A stretch of 63,395 nucleotides of DNA, the filler included, from Choristocarpus tenellus KU-1152 (Eukaryota; Protista; Phaeophyceae): assembly GCA_964200185.2 (NCBI GenBank). It is 12 parts of 12 records of this genome, joined end to end, with 100 filler letters (N's around TTAATTAATTAA, not from the genome) between each part and the next. Parts side by side here need not be neighbours in the genome. Positions count along the whole stretch, not along the records: positions 20,998 to 28,431 come from CAXNAD020006168.1; positions 28,532 to 33,770 come from CAXNAD020011389.1; positions 33,871 to 39,091 come from CAXNAD020011458.1; 9 more parts are not named here. One strand, 5' to 3'. A model generated the notes under the pieces. The model did no database searches, had not been told where the DNA came from, and saw nothing but the letters and a program-made list of their open reading frames with translations. The position numbers were made by a program, and so were the translations under genes. This document shows, piece after piece, positions 25,103 to 35,505 of the stretch (the stretch's first letter is position 1; each line of letters starts with the position of its first letter).

Positions 25103-27775
25103 TCACAGATTGGGACAGATGAGGATGTCTACGCCAACTTCAACGAGAGATTCGAACAGGAGGGAATCTCAGGACTAATACCCTGTCTGTCAACATTCAT
25201 GAAGTGGAGACCATTCTACATTTCAAAGGCCACGCCAAGGTGTGTGCGGAAATAGTCTTTCAATTTTTAGGGCACACGCTACAGTGGCGACTGGGCAACT
25301 CTACGTTTCATAACCGCCACAGGATACCCAGAGCCAGATATTGTATCATCCGTGTCAACACGGGAGGAATGCTAACCCACCGCATCCCTCCCTCCACTCT
25401 CCCACGCAACACAGATCGTGCGTTTGCATTCACCATATGACCACCGACCTCCAGGTTCAGGGCCTAAGAGAGAACTGGAAGAAAGTATATGTGAGTACGA
25501 GCATTAGCGATGATGGACAACGCACTTGTGCACGCACATGCGAATTCTGCGACAAAGACAAAGGATGTGGGTCTAAAGAAGTGGAGACCGCAGTCAAAAG
25601 TGGTGCTCATCTAATGGCCTTTCTCTTGCAAGGTTGTCTTCCAAACCACATCCTCAACGTGGCAAATGTGTTATCACGACGAGCTGGAATGGTATCCAAA
25701 ACAATGAGACTACTAAAGATACACACCAACATACACACCCTCAAACCGTCTCACTACGTACTCTACATAAACAGCAATTACAGCCGGACTCCACTAGTGA
25801 CGTTCGATCCGCTACTAAAACTTCCACACTGACAACAAAAACCGCTTGTGGACTGATCAAAACAAAACAGATGCGAGAGGACCGTACTGGAAACCCTCAG
25901 CAAACCGTCCTCTGGCGGTTCCTTGGGCAGTTTCAGAAATTCCTGTGTCGACGGTACATGTAACAGGTGTCACTAGAAATCTCATCCCATGTGAAAGTTC
26001 CCTTGTACGTTAGACTCTCATAGCACCCGTGTCACATGGAACGAGTCCATCCACGCGTACACCCCGGTGGTGGAGACGGATCTGCAACAGAAGACTTGCC
26101 AGGAAATAAAGGTGGACCTTATCCAAACACTCACCAACCAATCACATTTTGAAGATGAACCTGACCGGTTCCGAGCCAGTGTATCTTAGAGGGTAGAGTT
26201 GCGTCCAGTTGGGGGCCAAAATCCAGTGCTGCAATTTCAATGTAATTTTGGCTACCGTGTTTTTTAGGAGGTGTCAACATCCTTGTTCCAAACACACTTT
26301 TTCGTAACATCTACATTTTACCTACTCCGAAATATTATGGAGTAGGAAAATGTCATAAGAACCCCGAGGGAAGCCAAGCCCCAAATGAACAAACAGAGCA
26401 AAACTCGTACCCTCTAAGATACTTTCACTCTTCCACCCTCACGGCGGGTGCAAGACCGATGAAGCAACCTGCCCTACCAATCGACCATGCCCCAGTGAAA
26501 ACACCCAGACCACACAACCTTGCTGCAATAACCCTATACATCCGCCTACACTGCCACACCGGCGCTGTCGTCTAGACTTGGCATCGCCACCCCAAGCGGG
26601 ACCACCAAAGACGATATGATCCAGTTGATCACTGCAAAATATGCGGAACTGAGGGTGGACAATCTTATGACGGACGATTTGATTATCGCCAAGTTCATGG
26701 TGGGAGAGTCCGCCCCCGACCTCAGGAGGAACAGGACCGAGGATAACGATGACGAAGACGCCACAGGGCCTACGGACAAACACAGTTGGAGGCGAAAGGT
26801 GAGAGCGACATTTTCATTCCAATAATAGTTACAGTGTACATTGAATGTGTCACACACGGCGTATTGGTCAAACAAAGAGAAGATACTCCCTCCCACATAA
26901 CCGTACATAATCGGTTACACCAGAACTAAGCCTGAATCACCACGACCTACGACCAGCAACAACTCCCAATACGCGACCACCTCACCCGTTCGATGCAGGT
27001 GCTGTTCCCAAGGACAGAGGGATTCCCCATACTCCTAAAAGTAATATTTGCAAATTTCGACAAAAGGTTCTTCCTTCATCACAACAGCACTAACTGGAAG
27101 GCGCAACAATACAAACACTGCAAATCCCACCTCCCCAAAGGACATGCCACCATGTCCATGAACTTCAGCGCCCACCTGCAACACAACCACCAAGACTGAC
27201 ACCACAAGAGTTCTTCAATCTAAGCACCTTACGGCGCTTCTGACCATTGTCTGGTGGTTGACGGATTTAAGAGAAGAGGGAAATCTCGGGAATGGAAAGG
27301 TTTGGGCTCACAGCATGACGGTGTGCAGTGAAGACCGAAGCCAAGACAAAGAGTTTGTCCAGAATGCCGTGGAGATGCTTGTGAAAGACCACGTAACATC
27401 TCTAGCAAGTGAATACGGACAGACTCTAGAGGTCCTGCACATCTGTTCCGATGGCTGCAGGAGCCAATTCAAGAACAGATAGTAGATGTGGTGGGTTTCA
27501 CAGTCTTTAGCGCGAATGGGAATTTCCGTGGTACACAATTTCTTTGCCTCCTGTCACGGCAAGTCCTTGTCCGATGGAGTCGGGGCTGTGGTGAAGTCTG
27601 CCGCCAGGAGTCTGGAACTAGACGGGGTGCGCATGCCAGGAACCTCATCTCTAGAGTGGATACTATCAAGGCAACCAAATCTCAGTACATCTTGAGGGAT
27701 CCGACACCAGAGGAAGAGGGGCGCTACCGCAAAGGTCATAAGGTCCCTCCCGGGCAGACAATCGTCACAAAGGTA
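24121..27775 (+). pseudogene. Sola2-like DDD transposase, intron-containing, inactivated
   Basis: In order: LSTFMKWRPFYI; RSCVCIHH; FLHHNSTNWKAQQY; MSMNFSAH (position of first catalytic D, here N); SEDRSQDKEFV; LHICSDGCRSQFKNR; HNFFASCHGKSLSDGVGAVVK. This matches the Sola2 pattern DFSEN / SDG..QFKN / FF..HGK..DG.G..VK. Stops, frameshifts and a MITE insertion; 5' start uncertain. Confidence 0.8.
26173..26430 (+). mobile_element. MITE family A (258 bp) inserted in the transposase gene
   Basis: GAGCCAGTGTATCTTAGAGGGTA...TACCCTCTAAGATACTTTCACTC; TTCC TSD. Confidence 0.92.
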
Positions 27776-28325
27776 GGCACACTCCACACGATGACCCCCC
27801 CCCCTCCAACCACAAAGTTCGCCCTCCTTTTGCCACTGGTGACAACCCCAACATATACACTCCTTGCCCACGTATGTGAGAAACACACAACATATATCAT
27901 TGGAACTTATGCCACACCCATCACTCCCTTCACGTCAACACTACGCCCATTGCGTCAAGATAACACAATGCACTTATGAAATGACTGCAAAGATTGTCAA
28001 TGCACACTTACAACCATCACCGCCCTTTTTCGTAGAAGTCTGCCAATCGGTAAACTCACGCAAAATTACGAGTTCATCTTTTTTTTCCAGCGCCAACGTC
28101 AACAGTATACCCATCGCTTGTAACAGGAATACATGCCACATACACTACATGCATGATTCTCCCCGCCCCCTGGACCTGATCCATCCTTGCCACTCGCATC
28201 GGTCTGCACCCTCCCGCCCCTTCATAACCCATACACTAAACACGCAATAAATATCGTTGACCCAATTATATCACATCCGCACCTTCCCTTGCATCGACAC
28301 CATAAATCGCATTATAAATGCAAAT

Positions 28326-28431
28326 GAGTGAAAGTATCTTAGAGGGTACGAGTTTTGCCTTGTTTGTCCATTTGGGGCTTGGCTTCTCATGAGTTCTTTA
28401 GTGACATTTTCCTACTCCAAAATGCTTAGGA
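28326..28431 (-). mobile_element. MITE family A (truncated by contig end)
   Basis: GAGTGAAAGTATCTTAGAGGGTACGAGTTTTG... Confidence 0.88.
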
Positions 28432-31400
28432 NNNNNNNNNNNNNNNNNNNNNNNNNNNNNNNNNNNNNNNNNNNNTTAATTAATTAANNNNNNNNNNNNN
28501 NNNNNNNNNNNNNNNNNNNNNNNNNNNNNNNTTTTGAGAGCCCTCGAGGGAGGGCTGGGGTGGGGGTGAGGGGGGGAAGGGACAGAGGTGGGGAAGTAGG
28601 GTGTGCTCATCTAAGCGCAGGGGAGTGTTTGGTGGTTTCAGGTGTTGAAAAAGTTCAAATCGGGTCCCGTCAGGTTGCTCATTGTTGTGGGAGTACGAGT
28701 ATATTTTATGTGTATCGTATACTTTTTGTTCGGGAAAGTGTTGACTTGCTTGGTACAGGTACTCTTGGTTGATTTTCTGTCCCCATCATTGAGGCATTCT
28801 TGGGGTAGATATGACTATTGAACAGAGAATTTTTTGCAAAAATGATCTAGCTCGTAGGGCCTTTCATCAATCCTCAAAGTGGGACATACGTTGCCACATA
28901 CAGTCCAAGAGTGATGCATGCATCACTACTGTGAGTCCAAATCCAAGGATGTGAAAGACGGGCCATTTTTTTTTAATTGAGCAGGAGGGGCATAGCACGT
29001 ACCTCTGCAGGGCACAGCTGAAGCTCACACCTCACATATATATAGAGAGATAGATGCACATAATATAGCATGCACACTTCCGAAAAGGTGTATGCCCTTT
29101 TGTCCTTGTGTTGAGAGTCAAGAAGTTGAAGCCAAAGCTTGTGTCTATGTTGGGGTCATTATTTGTTGCTTACTGTGCTATCGCCATATAAGACCTGATA
29201 AACTGCGCTATCTACTTACTGTAGTTTGGTATGATATTACAAGGTATACCACCAATATATACCTACATACTGCTATGGCGACTCTCACCCATGCTGCGTC
29301 TGGTAGTTGCTGTAACTTGAAAGCAAACATGTTGCTCTTGCCTCTTCTTCCTGTACTTTCTTGGAGGAGGAAGGGAGACAGACTCTTTCAGGCATAGCTT
29401 GAAGTGGTTTCAGGGTTTGGTTGGGAGAGGATGTGTAGCACCAAGTCACGTTACTCGAAAAGGTTTGGGAGAAGTAGGTGCCGCTTGAAACGGCATGTGC
29501 TCTTTGTCTCCTGTGAATATATCGGTAAGAGCTTCCCCGAGCTTCACCTCACCCCCACCCCCCAACTTTTCTTATTGCGGTGGTCAACATGGGGTGGAAC
29601 AAGCTGGCAGGGAGAGTAGTTTGTGTTTTTTCCAGTCAGATGGGTGCTCTTCTTCTGTTAAACGGAATTTTTTCGTTGTTTCAAGTTTGAGCATATGGTT
29701 CCCCCCCCCCCTCCCCCCCGGATTGCTGTGGCGCTTTCTCTTTTTTTGGTTGCCAGGTCGTTCCTTCAGCTGCTGGATCAGAAGCCTCAGGGGGAAAAGA
29801 AGGCGGCTGCGGTGAGCCAGATGGCTGCAGCCCGGGCCATGTTCCAGGCAAAAACTGTGCGTGGGCAGGCATCCTCGGGCGGTGCAGGGGGGGACATTTG
29901 GACTCAGCACTCAAACTCCATTACCAGTGTTGAGGCAATGGGGAATGCCAAGGTTTCAACCAGTGGTAAGTTGGCCCGTTCTCTTGAAACAGTACCTTGA
30001 ATGACCTGAGGCTGTACACACCTCGGTACTTGCTCCCTCCCTCCCCCTCCCCTTCCCCTTCCGCCCCTCCTGTCCTGTTGCTCACTTTCATGTTTTTCTG
30101 CCTCCTCTGTTCTTGTTGGGGGGACTGGGAGGACAGGGAAGGTGGATTATTATTGGGTGCTGTTGGATTTTGCATTAGTGTCCTCGTTCCTCTCTTAGTA
30201 CATTTGACCGCTGAAAATGCCCACAGCCCTTGTGTGATACAAACACAAGGCCTTTAGTGTCTCCATGCTAGTAGGGCGCTTGCTCTGTAAGGTTTCAACT
30301 CCTTTGTCTTGAGAGAGCTCTAGCTTGTCCAAGCATCCTCTCAATCTACTTCCACCCACCCCGCTCTTCTTTTTTTTTTTTCTACCCCTACTGTTCATCC
30401 CTTCATTCACGCCTTCCATTCCTGCGTAAATCCTCTGTCTCTTTTGTGTGTGTTTATGTTTTTTTTCTATGCTATCAATGTATGTATGCGCATTTCTTAC
30501 GTGCAGGTCTTGATGGAAAATTGGTGATTTGGGAACTTCCCACCCTCAACATTGACATGGCAGCTCTCGGTTTGTGATGAAGAGAAGTGTTCTAGATTTT
30601 GTATCTGTGCAGTCGTGTTCTGGCAGATAGTCTCTCTGTCCTGTTACAGCAGCACCTGTTCAAGAGTCTTGGGGGGCAGCGACAATAAGGAAGGCGTGAG
30701 TGGTTTCGAAGTGGCGTGTTAGTGATATGATACTCGTGCTCCGGCGAATTTGTCCGTGCCTATCTCTTCAAGGAGGCACTCCGTCCAGGACTCAAGTTTG
30801 GTTAGTGGTAGTTGCCACATTATGTTTGTCGGCTGGTTTGGGACTGGGAGTATTTTGTTCTGATGCTTTCAGAGGAGTTTATGGGTGTTTCCATCAATTT
30901 TGAGTGTGCCCTCTCTCTCTCTCTGGCTCTAACAAGCGGACAAACTGATGCTCGTTTCGACAAGCTTGCAAATCCTTCAGTACCGGTGACTACTGGCTCA
31001 CCAGCTCTTTCCAGGCTTTTGGGGGTGGGTGGCGTGGATAATGGACAGGAGATGGTATGTGGTTAGATTAGGGAGATTGGAAGAGATTAGACTGGACTGA
31101 GCACTATCATTGTGTACATAGCACTTTTGAGCATAAAGGTACGTTGCAAGTAGTTTTTCCATCTGGGTGCATACGCCCACGAAGCATTTGCCCAGAACAA
31201 ATTATATTGGCCCTGATAAAGAAATCATACCAGTTTGTATCCTACATGTATGGGTTTGCACGATGGGGGGCTGGGTGACTCCTTGCTTGCCTCCATTCTG
31301 CTGAATATATGCGGTTGCCCTTTCCGGCCTTGAGGCTGGTGGAAAGATTCGATATACATACCCACAAACTCCTAATGACTGCAATTCCATTTTTTGCTGG

Positions 31401-31785
31401 GATCAGGAAGCAATCATGCGCTTTGTCCCTGCTGGCTTGACCCTTCGAGATGAACCTCTATAAGGGATACGTGAAGATTGGATGGAGTTCCTTTGGCATT
31501 CTGGCTGGCTGGTTTTAACGGATTTTTTCGAGGTTGATGGCTACCCTCTCTAGTCTTGTCCACCTTCTGGTGGGGAACTGAGCTTTGAGTTAATACCTCT
31601 TGGCAAGTAATGTCCACTGCCATATTTGTTGTGTCCTTCGAGTATGTAACTGGCGGATTTGTCTGATGCTCATCTTGTATTTTGTGTCGGAATGGTTTCT
31701 TTATCTTCATGTATGTATGTATGTATGTGTTGAGTAGTTGTAGTTGCAAAATGTGGGCGTAAGTACAAGGGCTACACTCTATGAA

Positions 31786-31989
31786 GGGCCAAAGTATCTG
31801 GGGGGGGGTGTGGTTTGTGAGGGGGTGTCCATTTCGGACCGGACGAACTGCTCAAAATCATAGCAATTGCTGTCTTCAGTCATGAATCGTCCGCGACTGA
31901 AGACAGGAATTGTATGACTTTTGAGCAATTCGTCTAGACTGAAACGGAATCCCCCTCACAAACCACCACCCCCCGAGATACTTTGACCC
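31786..31989. mobile_element. Foldback MITE family C (204 bp)
   Basis: GGGCCAAAGTATCTGGGG...CCCCGAGATACTTTGACCC; imperfect arms of about 95 bp around a 13-nt loop. Confidence 0.88.
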
Positions 31990-32599
31990 AACCACCGTCC
32001 TCTTATGATGTATTTTGGACTAAAATGCCTTTAGGACCTACGCTTGGCGCTTGAGTGGGTGTAGACTATGTTATTATGGCTCAGGGAACTTGCTGTTGGG
32101 TTCAAAGCTTGGAGCTGGCATGGTTACCGCCGCTTGGTTTGGGTGTGGGAGAGAGGTAATCTGTTGTGGAAATCTCGACTTGTGCTGAAGATGGTGGTAT
32201 GGAGTACGAGATGCCTGTGTGTCAACGTATTTCTAGTATGTTTTCTGTCAATTGCTCTGTGGTCCGATCAACTAAAGAGGGGAGGAAAAAGGATTGGGGC
32301 ATGGCAGTAAAAGTATTAGAGGATGATGGCAGAATGCACTAGTGGAGATGAAATCTAGGTTGCCACCGGGTCAATAAAAGCATGCGTATGAGGACACATA
32401 AACACAAACTCTTAGGGAAGGTATTAAATCCAATATACCAAATGCATAAGTCCGTTGATTTAGAGAAAGTCTGATCTCTCCATCATAACATGTCTTTTGA
32501 GGCATGTGTTCGACTGGCGAAGTAGAGGGTGACTCACTAACAGAAAATGGCCTATGTTGCTCCTCAAAGCCGTGTCTCTCGTAAGTATGGTGGCAGTGT

Positions 32600-33457
32600 A
32601 GGACTTGTCCAGAACGAGGCCCATGTAGGAGCGTCTTGGTTAATACTGTAGTGTTGGACAAGATGCTTGATATTTCGCAAGTCGCCATTCTCTCATTTGA
32701 CCCTCATAGGTGTAGCTGACTCGCTCCTATCTAACCTTCATCGTGTAGTGGGCTGGTACTTGGTCACGGTCCCTCGCATCCACTGATCGTCCCATCTGAA
32801 GTATAGTCCCCTGCCCTTGGCTCTGGCATTGAGTGTTTCTCCCTCATCCAAATCTGGCACATAACTCAGTGTTGGTTCAAGGGGTATATATTTCTATGTA
32901 TCCTTCTCTATGTCCCTACACTTCCGCTGGTGGTCAACAATCGACCGACTGCGTTGTCTGACACACAGGGCTGAAGCCTTGTCACTGTCCCTCTTGTTCT
33001 TCTCTCTCGAAGTTGGTTGACACCCTCCTCGATCTTGTCCTCTGTCATGTACAACCCCAGTTGAGGGGGCAAAGATTTTTCACCATCGTCCGGGAGGTAG
33101 GACACTGAGTAAATGTACGCCCCTGAACCATCCACGTGAACATCGCTGACCTTCCCCTGTATGATGGCCCCCCACTCGCGCATAGGATGAATTGTTGGAT
33201 GTGTCCCCAAGTCTGAGTTGCCTAGAGAAGCAAGCAGGAATCCCACTGAGGGATTGCCGGTTGGATTCTGAGGTGAACCTTGGATATTGACCAGGCAGGA
33301 TCGTGAATGTGTTGTCCAGATGGTTGTGGTCGATGTCTGTGAAGTCTGGGATGATGATAGCCTGAAGGGGAACGACGCGGGGACCCAGTTGTGTGTCCCG
33401 TATCACCACAAATATGTTCGTTGCAGGGGCTGTGTTGGTGTGTAGGACTATTGGCAT
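32600..33457 (-). pseudogene. Decayed ORF with possible Tudor/SH3-like barrels
   Basis: WGAIIQGKVSDVHVDGSGAYIYSVSYLPDDGE and GRGLYFRWDDQWMRGTVTKY...PMRVK*ENGD...HYSINQDAP; frameshifts and stops. Confidence 0.35.
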
Positions 33458-33605
33458 GTGTTTGTGCGTGATGGCCTTGTTTGGTTGTATATGGGTGTTT
33501 GTTGATCTTTTTCTGGAACAGATAGTTTTATGTAGGATAGAGGATGCACTTAGGCAGCGAAATGAATGAATGGGATACGCCTATTTGCCCTACGTAACTT
33601 GTAAA

Positions 33606-33770
33606 GAGCCAAAGTATCTTAGAGGGTAGAGCCGCGTCCATTTGGGGATCAAAATACAATGTTGTAATTTTGGCTATCGTGTTTGTTAGGAAGTGTCAGT
33701 ATCTATGTTCCGGACACACCTTTCATAACGTACACATTTTACCTACTCCGAAACATTTTGGAGTCGGAAA
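33606..33770 (+). mobile_element. MITE family A (truncated by contig end)
   Basis: GAGCCAAAGTATCTTAGAGGGTAGAGCCGCGTCCATTTGGGG... Confidence 0.9.
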
Positions 33771-33885
33771 NNNNNNNNNNNNNNNNNNNNNNNNNNNNNN
33801 NNNNNNNNNNNNNNTTAATTAATTAANNNNNNNNNNNNNNNNNNNNNNNNNNNNNNNNNNNNNNNNNNNNGGGTGCCTGTTCCTG

Positions 33886-33927
<42 letters not shown>

Positions 33928-35011
33928 CTTATTCAGCAACGATTAAGAACACGCAGGGAACATGCCTGCAATCCAGATATCAACATGGAACTACAGAATC
34001 AAATAAACAAGACTAAACCCACTCCTGACAGGAGAGTGTACTGTTTCACTACACCATCAGGCCTCAAAAAAATGCCTTCAAACATATCACAAAACCTCTG
34101 CACCACTCTACACGTGACCAACAAGAGAATGTACCTCAGGTCCAACTTCAAAAATGGCAAAACATCTTTGTTATGTCGCCTACACAAAAACACACCAATT
34201 GCCAAACAAAATGAAAACATTCATGGTGACTTCACCAAACAACATAGACCACTTCAACCATAGCATTTGAGGTCACAGCTCCACAACTCACCCACTCTCA
34301 ATCTTGGATGAAAACAGAATACCTACATTTTTAAAACCCAACGCCAACCCAATCGCGGAATTATTCAGAAGCCTTTGCAGCCAACCAAAAGACCACAATT
34401 GTGGTACTGTAAAGGAAGGACAGAACAAAGATTTAAACACTTAATTACAACTATAAGGTTGCCTGGAGTTCAATGAGAAAAATATCATCACATTTAAATG
34501 TATCACAAACTAATGACGGTCAAGCGAAACTTGTTAAGCATTAAAACAGCAAAAGTAAAGAATTAATCTTATCTGCTTTTTTGTTTAATTTAATAATCAA
34601 TACTACTAAAATTCCATAAAATGCACCCATTATAGCAAGCATTCTAAGATTAAATTTATATAGTTAACAACTAAAGTACTGAAAAAATAACCAATTTCTG
34701 CTAACGGCAAAAGAGGCACGAAACCTACTCTTCCTCCCTCTACTTTGAATTGCACTAACAAAAAAACTCACACACACACCTAACAAAAGCCCTCCTAAAC
34801 AAACAAAAGAAGGGGGGAAGAAAGCAACAAAATCTCCCTGTATTCAAAACGACATGCATGTAAAGGAAGGGGTTAGAGTTACACGCAACTCATCAAGCCA
34901 CCAAAGAGAAAGAAAGAGGTCCAAGGTCATTCATTCAGCCCGACCACAGAAATCCATTCTGCAGTCCCCTGCAAAAAGATCAAAAGATGTATAGTAGACA
35001 CATACACATAC

Positions 35012-35469
35012 CAGGTACAGCTCATGCCATGTGCGCAACTTGAACCCACGTTCCACTGCCTTCTGCTTGGCAATGGATGCAGCATCTGCCTCACATAGAT
35101 CACCTCCCCCAGCACACTGCCTTCCAGCAGACCTGGAACCCCCAGCTTCCTCCCACCGTGCAGCTTCTTTCCAGCGCTTTACTAGTGCTGCTGCCAGGCT
35201 GCAGCAGGCACCGAGAAAGGGGAGATAGTACCCAAAACAGAGGCGCTGTCAGCTTATTGTCAGCAGTAGGAGGTTGATAATACTGGTGTTCCTTGTCATA
35301 ATCAATGGATTAAAAAAAAATAATCCAAAAAAACAACCAACTTCTTGTATCAATGGTGCTCTATATAACTTGGGGAGACAGGACAGAGTACAAGAATGCA
35401 CTCAGGGAATATGGGGTGGGCAAGAAAACTACAATTTGAAACAACTTGAGCAAGAAGAATCCGCGCGAG

Positions 35470-35505
<36 letters not shown>

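Noticed and set aside
29584-30175. Cys/His-containing minus-strand ORFs (CTARGC...FCLEHGPGC)
   Set aside because: Too short and fragmented to assign; I could not build a consistent exon chain.
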